Part shown: positions 47,389-56,483 of the stretch, one piece after another
How positions within the stretch are numbered: the stretch's first letter is position 1
Layout of the letters: each line of letters starts with the position of its first letter
Assembly: GCA_963777645.1 (NCBI GenBank)
Contig: CAVZRA010000007.1
Span: forward strand, 11,580 to 75,579
Reading direction: 5' to 3'
Length of the DNA stretch: 64,000 nucleotides
Source: an uncultured bacterium
Lineage (GTDB): Bacteria > Actinomycetota > Acidimicrobiia > Spongiisociales > UBA5794
Position numbers and translations under genes: made by a program
Notes under the pieces: model-generated
The model's database searches: none
What the model was told of the DNA's origin: nothing
What the model saw: only the letters and a program-made list of their open reading frames with translations

Positions 47389-48390
47389 TCAGACACCAGT
47401 GTCGGCGCCATCGCCAGGCTGCGGTTCCTGGGGCCACCAGCTGCGTCGGCCGCGTGGTTTCCCGAAGCTCTCGGGCCACGATTCTCCGGCGAGGTCGCCT
47501 GCCATGTCTCGATCTGCGTGCTCGAGAAGCGAATCGAGGTCGAAATGGTGGTCGTCGATCGCCTCCATCACATCGCCTCGCTTCGCGTACCGGGAAGCGA
47601 ACCCGACCATGGGGAAGTCGGCGAGCTCGACTTTGGGTACCTCGTCCCAGGTCAGGGGCGCCGACACCCAGCCGGTGGGGCGCACCGAGTAGGCACTGGC
47701 GACAGTGCGGTCGCGACTGTTCTGGTTGTAGTCGATGAAGACGCCGTGGCGATTTTCCTTCCACCATTGTGTGGTGACTATGTCCGGTCGTCGACGCTCG
47801 ACCTCACGACCGAGCGCGAGGGCGGCCTTTCGCATTTCGAGAAACGTGTAGCGAGGCTCGACCCTGACATAGATGTGGATGCCCTTTGATCCCGATGTCT
47901 TGGGGAAACCGATAAGACCGAAGTCGTCGAGCACCTCTTTGACCTGGAGCGCCACCTGCTGCACGTCGGACCACACCGCCTGCGGCGTTGGGTCCAGGTC
48001 GATACGAAGCTCGTCCGGATTCTCGACATGCTCCGCCCGGGACGGCCACGGATTGAGATCGACACAGTTGAGCTGAGCCATCCAGACCACATCGGAGGGT
48101 GACCTCGGGACGAGGTAGCCTGCGCTTCGCCCAGACGGGAAATTCACGAAGTATCGCTCTCCGGCCGATTCGGGGGCCCTCTTCCTGAAATAGGGCTTTT
48201 CGCCGACACCCTTTGGGAAGCACTTCAACATGGTCGGCCTGCCAAACACCCCGGCCAAGGCGCCGTCGGCACACACCATGTAGTGCTCGACCAGATCGAG
48301 CTTGGTCCATCCCTGCTTGGGGAACATCACCTTCTCGGGGTGAGTGACCTCGATCTCTTCGCCGTCGATCTCGAAGCGCGCTCTGTCCAT
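47389..48390 (-). CDS. stand-alone LigD-type NHEJ polymerase/primase domain protein
   Basis: FEIDGEEIEVTHPEKVMFP, KTSGSKGIHIYV and VFIDYNQNSRDRTVASAYSVRP are typical of the LigD PolDom (archaeo-eukaryotic primase fold). Confidence 0.8.
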   Translation of the reverse strand: MDRARFEIDGEEIEVTHPEKVMFPKQGWTKLDLVEHYMVCADGALAGVFGRPTMLKCFPKGVGEKPYFRKRAPESAGERYFVNFPSGRSAGYLVPRSPSDVVWMAQLNCVDLNPWPSRAEHVENPDELRIDLDPTPQAVWSDVQQVALQVKEVLDDFGLIGFPKTSGSKGIHIYVRVEPRYTFLEMRKAALALGREVERRRPDIVTTQWWKENRHGVFIDYNQNSRDRTVASAYSVRPTGWVSAPLTWDEVPKVELADFPMVGFASRYAKRGDVMEAIDDHHFDLDSLLEHADRDMAGDLAGESWPESFGKPRGRRSWWPQEPQPGDGADTGV

Positions 48391-48730
48391 GGCGCTGATT
48401 GTGCCAGCTGATGAGGTCGCGCGGTGTCTTCGAGCTGTTGATCAACGCGCTGCATCACCATTGATTTCTCGTTGCCAAGCGGCCGTTGGATGCGTCGCTC
48501 TGCACGAGAGACTCCGCCCAAGAGGTGTCAAGAAGTCCACCGATGTGATGCTATGCCCGGCAACTATCCTCATCGCTAATACCTTGTCGGCGACGAGGGA
48601 GCGAGTAACCGCCGCTACCAGAAGACTCTCGATGAAGAGCGATCTCGGGATAGTGGCAACTCATTTGTCGATGGAACCGGCGAGTTGATCATCATGCATA
48701 TGGGGGATGCCCCAGTCGAGGAGTGTGAAC

Positions 48731-49663
48731 ATGAGCTGGAGTGCTGCGGATATTCCCGACCTCACCGGCAAGGTTGCCGTGGTCACGGGTGCAAATGGTG
48801 GGCTCGGGCTCGAGTCGGCGAAGGCCCTTTCCGGCGCAGGCGCTCACGTCGTCATGGCAGCCCGTGACCAGTTGAAGGCACACGGTGCCTGTGACGAGAT
48901 CAAGGCCATACACCCCGATGCCTCGATTGAGATAGTCGAACTAGACCTCGGTTCGCTCGACTCGGTACGCACAGCCGCAGGGGAGATTTCCAGGAGTCAT
49001 CCCCGGATCGACATTCTGCTCAACAATGCGGGCGTGATGGCCATCCCGGAGCGCAGGACGGAGGACGGTTTCGAGATGCAGTTCGGAATCAATCATCTCG
49101 GCCATTGGGTGTTCACAAGCGGTTTGCTGAGCCCGCTGCTGGCTGCTGATAGGGCGCGTGTGGTCGGTGTCACCAGCACGGCGCACCACGTTGGGAGAAG
49201 CGTCGACCCCGACAACCCCAATCTCGAAGGCAACTATGGGCCATGGAAGGCATACGGGCAGTCCAAGCTGGCCAATTTTCACTTCGCTATCGGTTTGCAG
49301 AGAGAGTTCGAGAAAAGAGGTCTCGCCACGATGAGCCTCCTGGCGCATCCGGGTCTCTCCCACACCAACCTCCAGGTACGGACGGTGGAGGAGGGGGGCG
49401 GAGGCCGGAGCGCTCCGATGTGGGCTTGGTTGGCAGCGCACACAGGGATGAGACCCGCAGCCGGTGCCCTGCCGCAGCTTCGTGCCGCCACCGACCCGAA
49501 TGCACACGGCGGTGAGTTCTTCGCTCCCCGGTTCATCAACAACGGGCCACCGGTGCGCCGCCCGATCATGCGGCGCATCGGTCTGCAGCAAGCAATCGAC
49601 AACTTGTGGGAAGTCTCCGAGACGTTGACAGGGACCCGCATCGACTTCAGCGCGGTGAGCTAG
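48731..49663 (+). CDS. short-chain dehydrogenase/reductase (SDR)
   Basis: GAGGAG lies 7 nt upstream of the ATG at 48731. TGANGGLGLE cofactor motif, NNAG and YGQSK catalytic motif. Confidence 0.85.
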   Translation: MSWSAADIPDLTGKVAVVTGANGGLGLESAKALSGAGAHVVMAARDQLKAHGACDEIKAIHPDASIEIVELDLGSLDSVRTAAGEISRSHPRIDILLNNAGVMAIPERRTEDGFEMQFGINHLGHWVFTSGLLSPLLAADRARVVGVTSTAHHVGRSVDPDNPNLEGNYGPWKAYGQSKLANFHFAIGLQREFEKRGLATMSLLAHPGLSHTNLQVRTVEEGGGGRSAPMWAWLAAHTGMRPAAGALPQLRAATDPNAHGGEFFAPRFINNGPPVRRPIMRRIGLQQAIDNLWEVSETLTGTRIDFSAVS

Positions 49664-49774
49664 GCGTCAGCACTCGAATGACCCCACATCGACCCACCAG
49701 CATTCATTGGCTTCGGGTTCCCCGGGCAGAGTCCTCCGCGAGTTGTCTCGGTCCGCTGCTAGTAGGGTCGGCAT

Positions 49775-50272
49775 ATGCGCAACGACTACATCGACTCTTC
49801 CATCGAGGCGTGGGAGTCAGAGCAGCCGGGCCTCGAAGTGGCGCCGGTCGCGGTCTTTGGCCGGATCCGGAGGGCGGCAGCGCTGATTGATGAGCGGATT
49901 GCGACGGTGATTGCCCGCGTCGGCATACGTAACCCCGGGGACTTCGACACCATGGCGACGCTGCGCCGGGAAGGCGAGCCGTTCGAGCTCTCGCCAAAGG
50001 AGCTCTCGGTGAGGCTGCTGGTCACCTCGGCGGGTCTGAGCGGGCGGCTCGATCGCCTCGAGACTGCAGGATGGATCGCACGCACCCCGCACCCGGACGA
50101 TGGGAGGGCAGTCATCGTAAATCTCACTGCCGAGGGGCAGGCCGCGGTCGACGAGGTGCAGCGCCATATCCTCGACGAGTATCGCAAAGCGCTCGGGCAG
50201 ATCGACCCTGAGGACCGTGACGATCTGGCGGCGTCGCTACGAACGATCCTGGTCAATCTGGGTGACGCCTGA
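49775..50272 (+). CDS. MarR family transcriptional regulator
   Basis: wHTH: LSPKELSVRLLVTSAGLSGRLDRLETAGWIARTPHPDDGRAVIVNLTAEG. Confidence 0.85.
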   Translation: MRNDYIDSSIEAWESEQPGLEVAPVAVFGRIRRAAALIDERIATVIARVGIRNPGDFDTMATLRREGEPFELSPKELSVRLLVTSAGLSGRLDRLETAGWIARTPHPDDGRAVIVNLTAEGQAAVDEVQRHILDEYRKALGQIDPEDRDDLAASLRTILVNLGDA

Positions 50273-50374
50273 ATCACCACAAAACACCTTGCTAGCGAAC
50301 TACTGGTCAACTAGCTTTACCTCATTCGGCACAGTGCCGCGCGCCCGTCGTCGGGCATGAGAGAAAGGCTGCGC

Positions 50375-50572
50375 ATGAGTCGCAGAGTGGACCCCACCCG
50401 CTTCGAAGAAGACGAGGAAGGATGGGATCAACCCCGCCTCGGCGGACAGGGTTTCATAGGCCAGCCCAATGGGGACCCGAACAGGCGCCGGGCCAACGTC
50501 AAGAACGCATACCACGGCAAGGGAAAGCGTTCCCGTCGCAATCGCGACGGTTGGGAGCGATTCGACGACTGA
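50375..50572 (+). CDS. hypothetical small charged protein
   Basis: MSRRVDPTRFEEDEEGWDQPRLGG...KGKRSRRNRDGWERFDD. GAGAGAAAGG lies upstream. By eye, third-position GC is high, as in the real genes. A small hairpin at 50591-50606 is followed by TTT. Confidence 0.4.
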   Translation: MSRRVDPTRFEEDEEGWDQPRLGGQGFIGQPNGDPNRRRANVKNAYHGKGKRSRRNRDGWERFDD

Positions 50573-50657
50573 ATACCTCCCAAGTCCGTGAGCCGGGACG
50601 CCGGCTTTCATAACGCACCGGGCAGCAACGCCCACCGCATCTCGAGAAAGACAAGCC

Positions 50658-50819
50658 ATGTCAGGTGTAACCAAAGTACGCGCCACGAAGGTCCATCAGC
50701 AGCACAGCGCAGTGAGACAGAACAAACCGGGTCGACCGGTGAAAGGTGCCAACCTCGTCCCTCAGCACGAAGGATCGACCAAGAAGGCTGCTCGGAAGCA
50801 GACGTCTCGTTCCAAGTAG
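50658..50819 (+). CDS. possible 53-aa lysine/arginine-rich protein (below the ORF-track size cut-off)
   Basis: Hand-translated: MSGVTKVRATKVHQQHSAVRQNKPGRPVKGANLVPQHEGSTKKAARKQTSRSK. It is followed 20 nt later by a strong hairpin. The SD is weak. Confidence 0.25.
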   Translation: MSGVTKVRATKVHQQHSAVRQNKPGRPVKGANLVPQHEGSTKKAARKQTSRSK

Positions 50820-50838
50820 CCGCACACAACAACCGGGT

Positions 50839-50862
50839 CCGGGAGGGGTGACACCCTCCCGG
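50839..50862. terminator. bidirectional terminator-like hairpin
   Basis: ccgggaggg-gtgaca-ccctcccgg (9-bp GC stem). It lies between the small plus-strand ORFs and the stop of the minus-strand DUF5658-like gene. Confidence 0.5.
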
Positions 50863-50864
50863 GA

Positions 50865-51332
50865 TCATCCTCGGATCCGCAACGCCATATAGACGTGATA
50901 GAACGTCAGAAGGCTGTAACCGAGCAAGACCAGCAGTGACACCTCGAGAGTGCGTCGATACCGTCGCAGCGCCAGCAACACGAGAGCGACGGCGCCGGCG
51001 CTGAGCAGTTTCACCAGAGCGGCCGTCTGCCATCCCATGGTAAACAGCCAGCTCATCACCGGGTTGAGTTCAACGCCACCCTCGCCCAGCACCCGGATCG
51101 TCATGACGTAGTCGATGAAGTTGAACACGATGATGGCAGCCAGCACCAGAGGAAACGCCAAACGACTCTCGGCGTAGCTGCGCAGGTCCGCCTGATAGCG
51201 ACCACGCCAACCTGCTGGATCCCTCCTGTCGAAGCCACTGCGCCGCTCCGGGAAGTGGAACGGCAGCCGGGTCGCCCGTCGCTCACTGCGACGCCGTCGC
51301 AGCCCAGCCGAGTCTGTGGTCTGTGTCGCCAT
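50865..51332 (-). CDS. DUF5658-like membrane protein with Arg-rich N-terminus
   Basis: Start trimmed to MATQTTDSAGLRRRRSERR (ATG at 51332). Three to four TM segments, including VFNFIDYVMTIRVLGEGGVELNPVMSWL. Confidence 0.55.
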   Translation of the reverse strand: MATQTTDSAGLRRRRSERRATRLPFHFPERRSGFDRRDPAGWRGRYQADLRSYAESRLAFPLVLAAIIVFNFIDYVMTIRVLGEGGVELNPVMSWLFTMGWQTAALVKLLSAGAVALVLLALRRYRRTLEVSLLVLLGYSLLTFYHVYMALRIRG

Positions 51333-51393
51333 GGTCTCCTGTTCGTGTTTCCCCGAACATAGTGGGTTGAGCGAACGGTTGGAGGCGGTTAGC

Positions 51394-52902
51394 TCAGGAT
51401 GCGCTGTCGACGAAGGTGCGTAGGTCGCCGGCGAGTTTGGCCAACGAACGGATGTGGACATACATCATGTGCCCGGCGTCGTAGTACTCCATGGCCACGT
51501 TGCCGCGAAGGCTCGGGTCGAGCCCGAGATGATTGAACGTGTACTCGGTGGCGAAGTACGGTGTCGCCAGGTCGAGATAGCCGTTGGCAACGAAGACCTT
51601 CATGAACTGGTTGCGGCTCATCGTGTTGCGCAACGTCTCCGAAACGTCGACGTAGGCGTTCTTGAAGTCTTCGTAGTCCCAGTTCTGCCAGGTCTCGGAG
51701 CTCAGGATCTCGTACGGCAGATCGCTTTCATATTCCAGCTCGTCATGCATGTACGCATTGAGCGCAGAGGTGTAGGCACCCATCGTGGCGTCCATCGACG
51801 GGTCCGACTCGAACGCGTCACCGTCGACGAACCTGTCGATACCCGTGTAACGAGAGTCGATCCGGCCGACCGTCCGCCCCTCCTCGCGGAGTAACTCCTT
51901 GCAGAAGCGCAGGATCTCGACCCGAAGGTCGTACCGGGTGACGTACGTCTCCGACAACCCTGTATAGCGAGCGACCCGCCTTGCGATCTTCTTGAACTGG
52001 CTCTCCGGCAGTGCAGCACCCTCAAAGAGCGCAAGTGCGTAGTCGTTGGCGGCGAATTGCTCGACCTCGTCGAGGAACTCCCGCAGCTCTCGTTTCTGAT
52101 CCTTCGGGCCCAACTTGCCGTGATACCACGCGGTTGCGGCATATGACGGTAGGAAGACGACATAAGGCAGGTCGTTGCCGCGCCGGAACGTGCCGGTGGC
52201 GCCGTCGAAGCCTGCGGTCTGGAAGTTGAGTATCGACGAGATCAACATGAGCCCGTTGAAGGTGATCCCATGCCGCTCGTAGAGGTGGCCGGCAAGGCCG
52301 GCCGAGCGGGTTGTGCCATATGACTCACCAGCAAGGAACTTGGGAGATGCCCAGCGTTTGTGCCTGGTCAGGTATAGACGGATGAACTCGCCGACTGCCT
52401 CTATGTCCTTTTTGAAGTGGTGATAGGTTTTGGCTTCCTCGCTGGGGATGGCGCGTGAGAAGCCTGTGCCGATTGGGTCGATGAACACCAGGTCGGCGAT
52501 GTCGAGCAGCGAGTACTCGTTGTCGACGAGACGTCCCGGTGGGGGATAGGGCATGCCGTCGTCGTCCATGAGAACCCGGCGTGGACCGAGCACACCCAGG
52601 TGGAGCCAAACTGAAGACGACCCGGGGCCACCGTTGAACGCAAACACTATTGGCCGCTGCGACAGTTCTGCGACGTTGTTCCTTGTGTAGGACACGAAGA
52701 AGAACGATGCCTTCTTCTTGCCCTCTTCCTCTTTGAGCACCAGTCGCCCCGCCGTTGCCGTGTATTCGATGGTGGACCCATTGATCTCGACCGTATGGGT
52801 GGATTCGGTAGAGATCTCCTCGTGGTGTGGCGGTGGCGGCAGCTCTTTGGACTCGCCGTCGTTTTCCTTGGTCTTGCTTGCGGTTTCTTTGTCCGCCATC
52901 AA
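51394..52902 (-). CDS. serine carboxypeptidase, MEROPS S10 family homologue
   Basis: FAFNGGPGSSSVW, nucleophile GESYGTTR, Asp region ANGYLDLATP and His YDAGHMMY. No signal peptide. The N-terminus is Lys/Glu/Pro-rich. Confidence 0.8.
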   Translation of the reverse strand: MMADKETASKTKENDGESKELPPPPHHEEISTESTHTVEINGSTIEYTATAGRLVLKEEEGKKKASFFFVSYTRNNVAELSQRPIVFAFNGGPGSSSVWLHLGVLGPRRVLMDDDGMPYPPPGRLVDNEYSLLDIADLVFIDPIGTGFSRAIPSEEAKTYHHFKKDIEAVGEFIRLYLTRHKRWASPKFLAGESYGTTRSAGLAGHLYERHGITFNGLMLISSILNFQTAGFDGATGTFRRGNDLPYVVFLPSYAATAWYHGKLGPKDQKRELREFLDEVEQFAANDYALALFEGAALPESQFKKIARRVARYTGLSETYVTRYDLRVEILRFCKELLREEGRTVGRIDSRYTGIDRFVDGDAFESDPSMDATMGAYTSALNAYMHDELEYESDLPYEILSSETWQNWDYEDFKNAYVDVSETLRNTMSRNQFMKVFVANGYLDLATPYFATEYTFNHLGLDPSLRGNVAMEYYDAGHMMYVHIRSLAKLAGDLRTFVDSAS

Positions 52903-52941
52903 TCCACTCCGTCGTCGTGAATTGCAGACTTTACAACGGCC

Positions 52942-53583
52942 TCAGGTGGAGAGACCGATCGGGCACGACACTCCCGTACCACCGATACCGCAGTACCCGT
53001 TCGGGTTCTTCGCCAGGTACTGCTGGTGGTACTCCTCGGCGTAGTAGAACCTCGGGGCTTGCTCGATTTCGGTGGTGATGCCCTTGTAGCCGGCATTACG
53101 GAGTTCTTCGGCGTACCGGTCTCTGCTGGCGACCGCCGCGGACCACTGGGCGGCGTCGGCTGTGAAGATGGCGGATCGGTACTGAGTTCCCACGTCGTTG
53201 CCCTGGCGCATTCCCTGGGTGGGATCGTGGCCCTCCCAGAAGACACGAAGCAGCTCTTCGTAGGTGACCAGTTTGGGATCGTATGCCACCATCACCACTT
53301 CGCAGTGACCGGTGCGGCCGGTGCATACCTCTTCGTAGGTGGCGTTCGGAGTGAAGCCGCCCTGATAGCCGACCGCCGTGGAGAACACGCCGGGCGTCTG
53401 CCAGAACATGCGCTCGGCACCCCAGAAGCAACCCATGGCAAAGTATGCGATCTCGATGCCATCGGGGAAAGGCGGCACCGTCGTGTTCCCGTTGACGTAG
53501 TGGGTTCCGCTGACGGGTATGGCGTCCTCATGGCCGCGCAGTGCGGTATCGGGTGTCGGCATGTCTGCGTTTCTCAGCCACAT
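52942..53583 (-). CDS. msrA: peptide-methionine (S)-S-oxide reductase
   Basis: Start trimmed to MWLRNADMP (GGAGGAG upstream). Catalytic motif [13 protein letters not shown]. Also GHCEVV and HQQYL. Confidence 0.9.
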   Translation of the reverse strand: MWLRNADMPTPDTALRGHEDAIPVSGTHYVNGNTTVPPFPDGIEIAYFAMGCFWGAERMFWQTPGVFSTAVGYQGGFTPNATYEEVCTGRTGHCEVVMVAYDPKLVTYEELLRVFWEGHDPTQGMRQGNDVGTQYRSAIFTADAAQWSAAVASRDRYAEELRNAGYKGITTEIEQAPRFYYAEEYHQQYLAKNPNGYCGIGGTGVSCPIGLST

Positions 53584-53749
53584 CGTGATCTCCTCCGGTT
53601 CATAAGACCAAAGATAGGCAAGCACAATCAGTGTTCTCGACGATCCTCTCAAATGGTCGATCTGCGAGACAAGCAAACGATCTATTAACGCTCTTCGATA
53701 GTCGCCGGGCCGATTCGGTATCCTGAGCGGGCGTCAACCGGGAGAGGAC

Positions 53750-54691
53750 ATGACCGAGGACATCAGCGAGACGATGGAATCGAAGCCGGAGGAAGCCAGC
53801 GAAGGCGAGGTCGGCAAGCCGGTCCACTCCCTCACGGAGCCCGCCGAGGTGGAGGTCAGGTCGTCGATCCTCGATTCCGTCCTCAACCCGAATGAGGAGA
53901 CAGGCACAACTCGAAAGAAGCTCAACCGCAAGTTCTACGAGCAGGAGTTGGAGCGACTCCAGATGGAGTTGGTCAAGCTCCAGGAATGGGTGAAGGCCAA
54001 AGGCCTCAGGGTTGTCGTCATCTTCGAAGGGCGGGATGCTGCCGGCAAGGGCGGTGTCATCAAGCGCATCACCGAGCGGCTCAATCCCCGGGTGTGCCGG
54101 GTTGCCGCATTGGGAACACCGACCGAGCGGGAGAAGACCCAATGGTGGTTCCAGCGGTACGTGGCACAACTACCGGCGGCAGGGGAGATCGTGCTGTTCG
54201 ATCGCAGCTGGTACAACCGGGCGCTCGTCGAGCCGGTGATGGGTTTCTGCACGGAGCAGCAATATCAGGAGTTCCTGCGCACGTGCCCCGAGTTCGAGCG
54301 GATGCTGGTGCGCAGCGGCATCATCCTGGTCAAGTACTGGTTCTCGGTGGCTGATGAGGAGCAGGAGCGCCGGTTCCGTGCCAGGATCAAGGATCCTCGC
54401 AAGCGGTGGAAGCTGAGCCCGATGGACATGGAATCCCGCGGTCGGTGGGTCGAGTACTCGCGTGCCAAGGACATTATGTTCGCCCACACCGATATCAAGC
54501 AGGCGCCCTGGTACGTGGTGAACGCAGACGACAAGCGGCGCGCCCGCCTCAACTGCATCAGCCACCTGCTCAGTGTCATCCCGTACGAGGATCGGACCCC
54601 TGAGGAGATCGAGCTACCGCCGCGCCAGGAGAACGAGGGGTACGTACGGCCTCCAATGTCTGATCAGACATTCGTACCCGAGGCTTATTGA
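53750..54691 (+). CDS. ppk2: polyphosphate kinase 2 (single-domain PPK2)
   Basis: Walker A FEGRDAAGKGGVIKRI. Also FDRSWYNRA and the lid region. GGGAGAGGA lies upstream of the ATG. Confidence 0.9.
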   Translation: MTEDISETMESKPEEASEGEVGKPVHSLTEPAEVEVRSSILDSVLNPNEETGTTRKKLNRKFYEQELERLQMELVKLQEWVKAKGLRVVVIFEGRDAAGKGGVIKRITERLNPRVCRVAALGTPTEREKTQWWFQRYVAQLPAAGEIVLFDRSWYNRALVEPVMGFCTEQQYQEFLRTCPEFERMLVRSGIILVKYWFSVADEEQERRFRARIKDPRKRWKLSPMDMESRGRWVEYSRAKDIMFAHTDIKQAPWYVVNADDKRRARLNCISHLLSVIPYEDRTPEEIELPPRQENEGYVRPPMSDQTFVPEAY

Positions 54692-54780
54692 AACCTGGAG
54701 AATGCCGACCAGCTAGGTAGCGAGTGTCTGCAATGTGCTTGCTAATGCAAGCAATCTGCTTACAATGGTATTAGAGCACT

Positions 54781-55323
54781 ATGACTATTCCACTCCAACC
54801 CAGCGCCGGGATCCCCACCGGATATCCATTCGACTACGAGCGTCGCGTGGTTCTCCACAACGGCAGGACCGTCCACTTCCGTCCCGTGGTTCCCGGTGAC
54901 GTCGACGTCTTAGCCAGAGAAGTGGCGGCCGCCGATTCCGATACCCTCTATCACAGGTTCTTCAACCCGGCGATCAGGTTGGACAAGAAGCGTCTCAGAT
55001 TCCTCACCGAGGTCGATTACCGGCGCCGGTTCGCGCTGGTGGGTTTTGTCGATGGTGAGGCCATTGCGATCGGCCGATTCGAGCCATCCGGTGAGGAGAC
55101 CGCTGAGGTAGCGGTTGTCGTCAAACCCGAATGGCGGCAAATGGGGATCGCCACCGAGATGCTCGAGATCCTCGAGGAAGCCGCGACAGAACGAGGCATC
55201 ACCGAGTTTGAGGCGCTGTACCTTCCGAGCAACCACGCCATAGAGCGGGTGCTTGGGAAGCGGAAATTCGGCAAGCCTACGGTCCAATCTGGTGTTGCCA
55301 GGGTCACAAAAGACATCAGCTGA
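54781..55323 (+). CDS. GNAT family N-acetyltransferase
   Basis: VVVKPEWRQMGIATEMLEILEEAATERGITEFEA acetyl-CoA binding motif. Confidence 0.75.
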   Translation: MTIPLQPSAGIPTGYPFDYERRVVLHNGRTVHFRPVVPGDVDVLAREVAAADSDTLYHRFFNPAIRLDKKRLRFLTEVDYRRRFALVGFVDGEAIAIGRFEPSGEETAEVAVVVKPEWRQMGIATEMLEILEEAATERGITEFEALYLPSNHAIERVLGKRKFGKPTVQSGVARVTKDIS

Positions 55324-55395
55324 CGTTGTGGCCGTACGGAGCTTGACCAACACCCTCCAGGCAAGCATCCCTACCGCCGGCGGTAGCATCGTCAC

Positions 55396-56481
55396 ATGGC
55401 ATTGCAGCAGACAGTAGGCGCTATAGCGGCCCGGTTGGCGGAGGCGTTCAATCTCGACAAGGCTGCCGGTTGGGATCCGGTCGGTCTGCAGTTGGGGGAT
55501 CCGGAGAGACCAGCCGCGATGGTGGCAGTGTGCCACGAACTCACCGCGGATGTCGTAGACCGGTTGATCGAATCCGGCGTCGATCTCGCTGTTACGTATC
55601 ATCCCCTGTTGTTCCGGCCGACACAATCGCTCGTTGCCGGTCGTGGTTCGACGGGGCGCGCCTTCCGGCTCATTTCCGCAGGCGTCGCAGTGCTGGTGAC
55701 CCACACCGCATACGACGTAGCTCCCGGGGGCACCGCGGACAGTCTCGCCGCGGCACTGGACCTCACCGGCTGTACCGGGTTTGGTCCCGCCTGGGGCCGG
55801 GAGAGTGTCAAGATCGTGTCTTTCGCACCCGCCAAGAGTGTCCCGGTAATCACCAAAGCCATGGCCGGTGCGGGGGCAGGCACGATTGGCCGCTACCACA
55901 ACTGCTCGTACCGGAGCGACGGGGTCGGTTCGTTCCTGCCGCGTGCCGGTGCGGTCCCCGCGGTCGGAGATCTCGACATGCTCGGAGACCAGCCCGAGAC
56001 GCGGTTCGAGATGATCGCCCCTGAAGCCGATCTCGACCGGGTGGTCGCCGCACTGATCGCCGCCCACCCGTACGAGGAGCCCGCCTACGACGTTGTCACC
56101 ACGCGTTCCAACGCCGGGTTCATCGGCAGGCGAGGCGATCTGGACCCCCCGGTGACGGTCGCCGCGTTGGCACACCGCGTCGCTGCCAGGATCGGCGGGG
56201 TGGTCCGGGTCGCCGGCGAAGGCATTGTGCGGTCGGTTGCGGTCATCCCCGGATCAGGGGGATCGATGCTCGGTGCCGTTGACGCCGATGTGATCGTCAC
56301 AGGGGACGTGAGCCACCATCAGGCAAGAGACGCGTTGGCCAGGGGAGTGGCTGTGATCGATCCAGGTCATGCGGCGACGGAACGACCCGGCGTGCAATCG
56401 TTGTACGCTGCGGTCGCACAATTGGCAGGTGAAGCGATTGACATGACGGATGTCGACGCCGACCCGTGGAAGGAACGGTGA
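55396..56481 (+). CDS. Nif3-family dinuclear-metal-centre protein (long form with inserted domain)
   Basis: WDPVGLQLGDP, VTYHPLLF and C-terminal GDVSHHQARDA...IDPGHAATE motifs. Confidence 0.8.
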   Translation: MALQQTVGAIAARLAEAFNLDKAAGWDPVGLQLGDPERPAAMVAVCHELTADVVDRLIESGVDLAVTYHPLLFRPTQSLVAGRGSTGRAFRLISAGVAVLVTHTAYDVAPGGTADSLAAALDLTGCTGFGPAWGRESVKIVSFAPAKSVPVITKAMAGAGAGTIGRYHNCSYRSDGVGSFLPRAGAVPAVGDLDMLGDQPETRFEMIAPEADLDRVVAALIAAHPYEEPAYDVVTTRSNAGFIGRRGDLDPPVTVAALAHRVAARIGGVVRVAGEGIVRSVAVIPGSGGSMLGAVDADVIVTGDVSHHQARDALARGVAVIDPGHAATERPGVQSLYAAVAQLAGEAIDMTDVDADPWKER

Positions 56482-56483
56482 GC

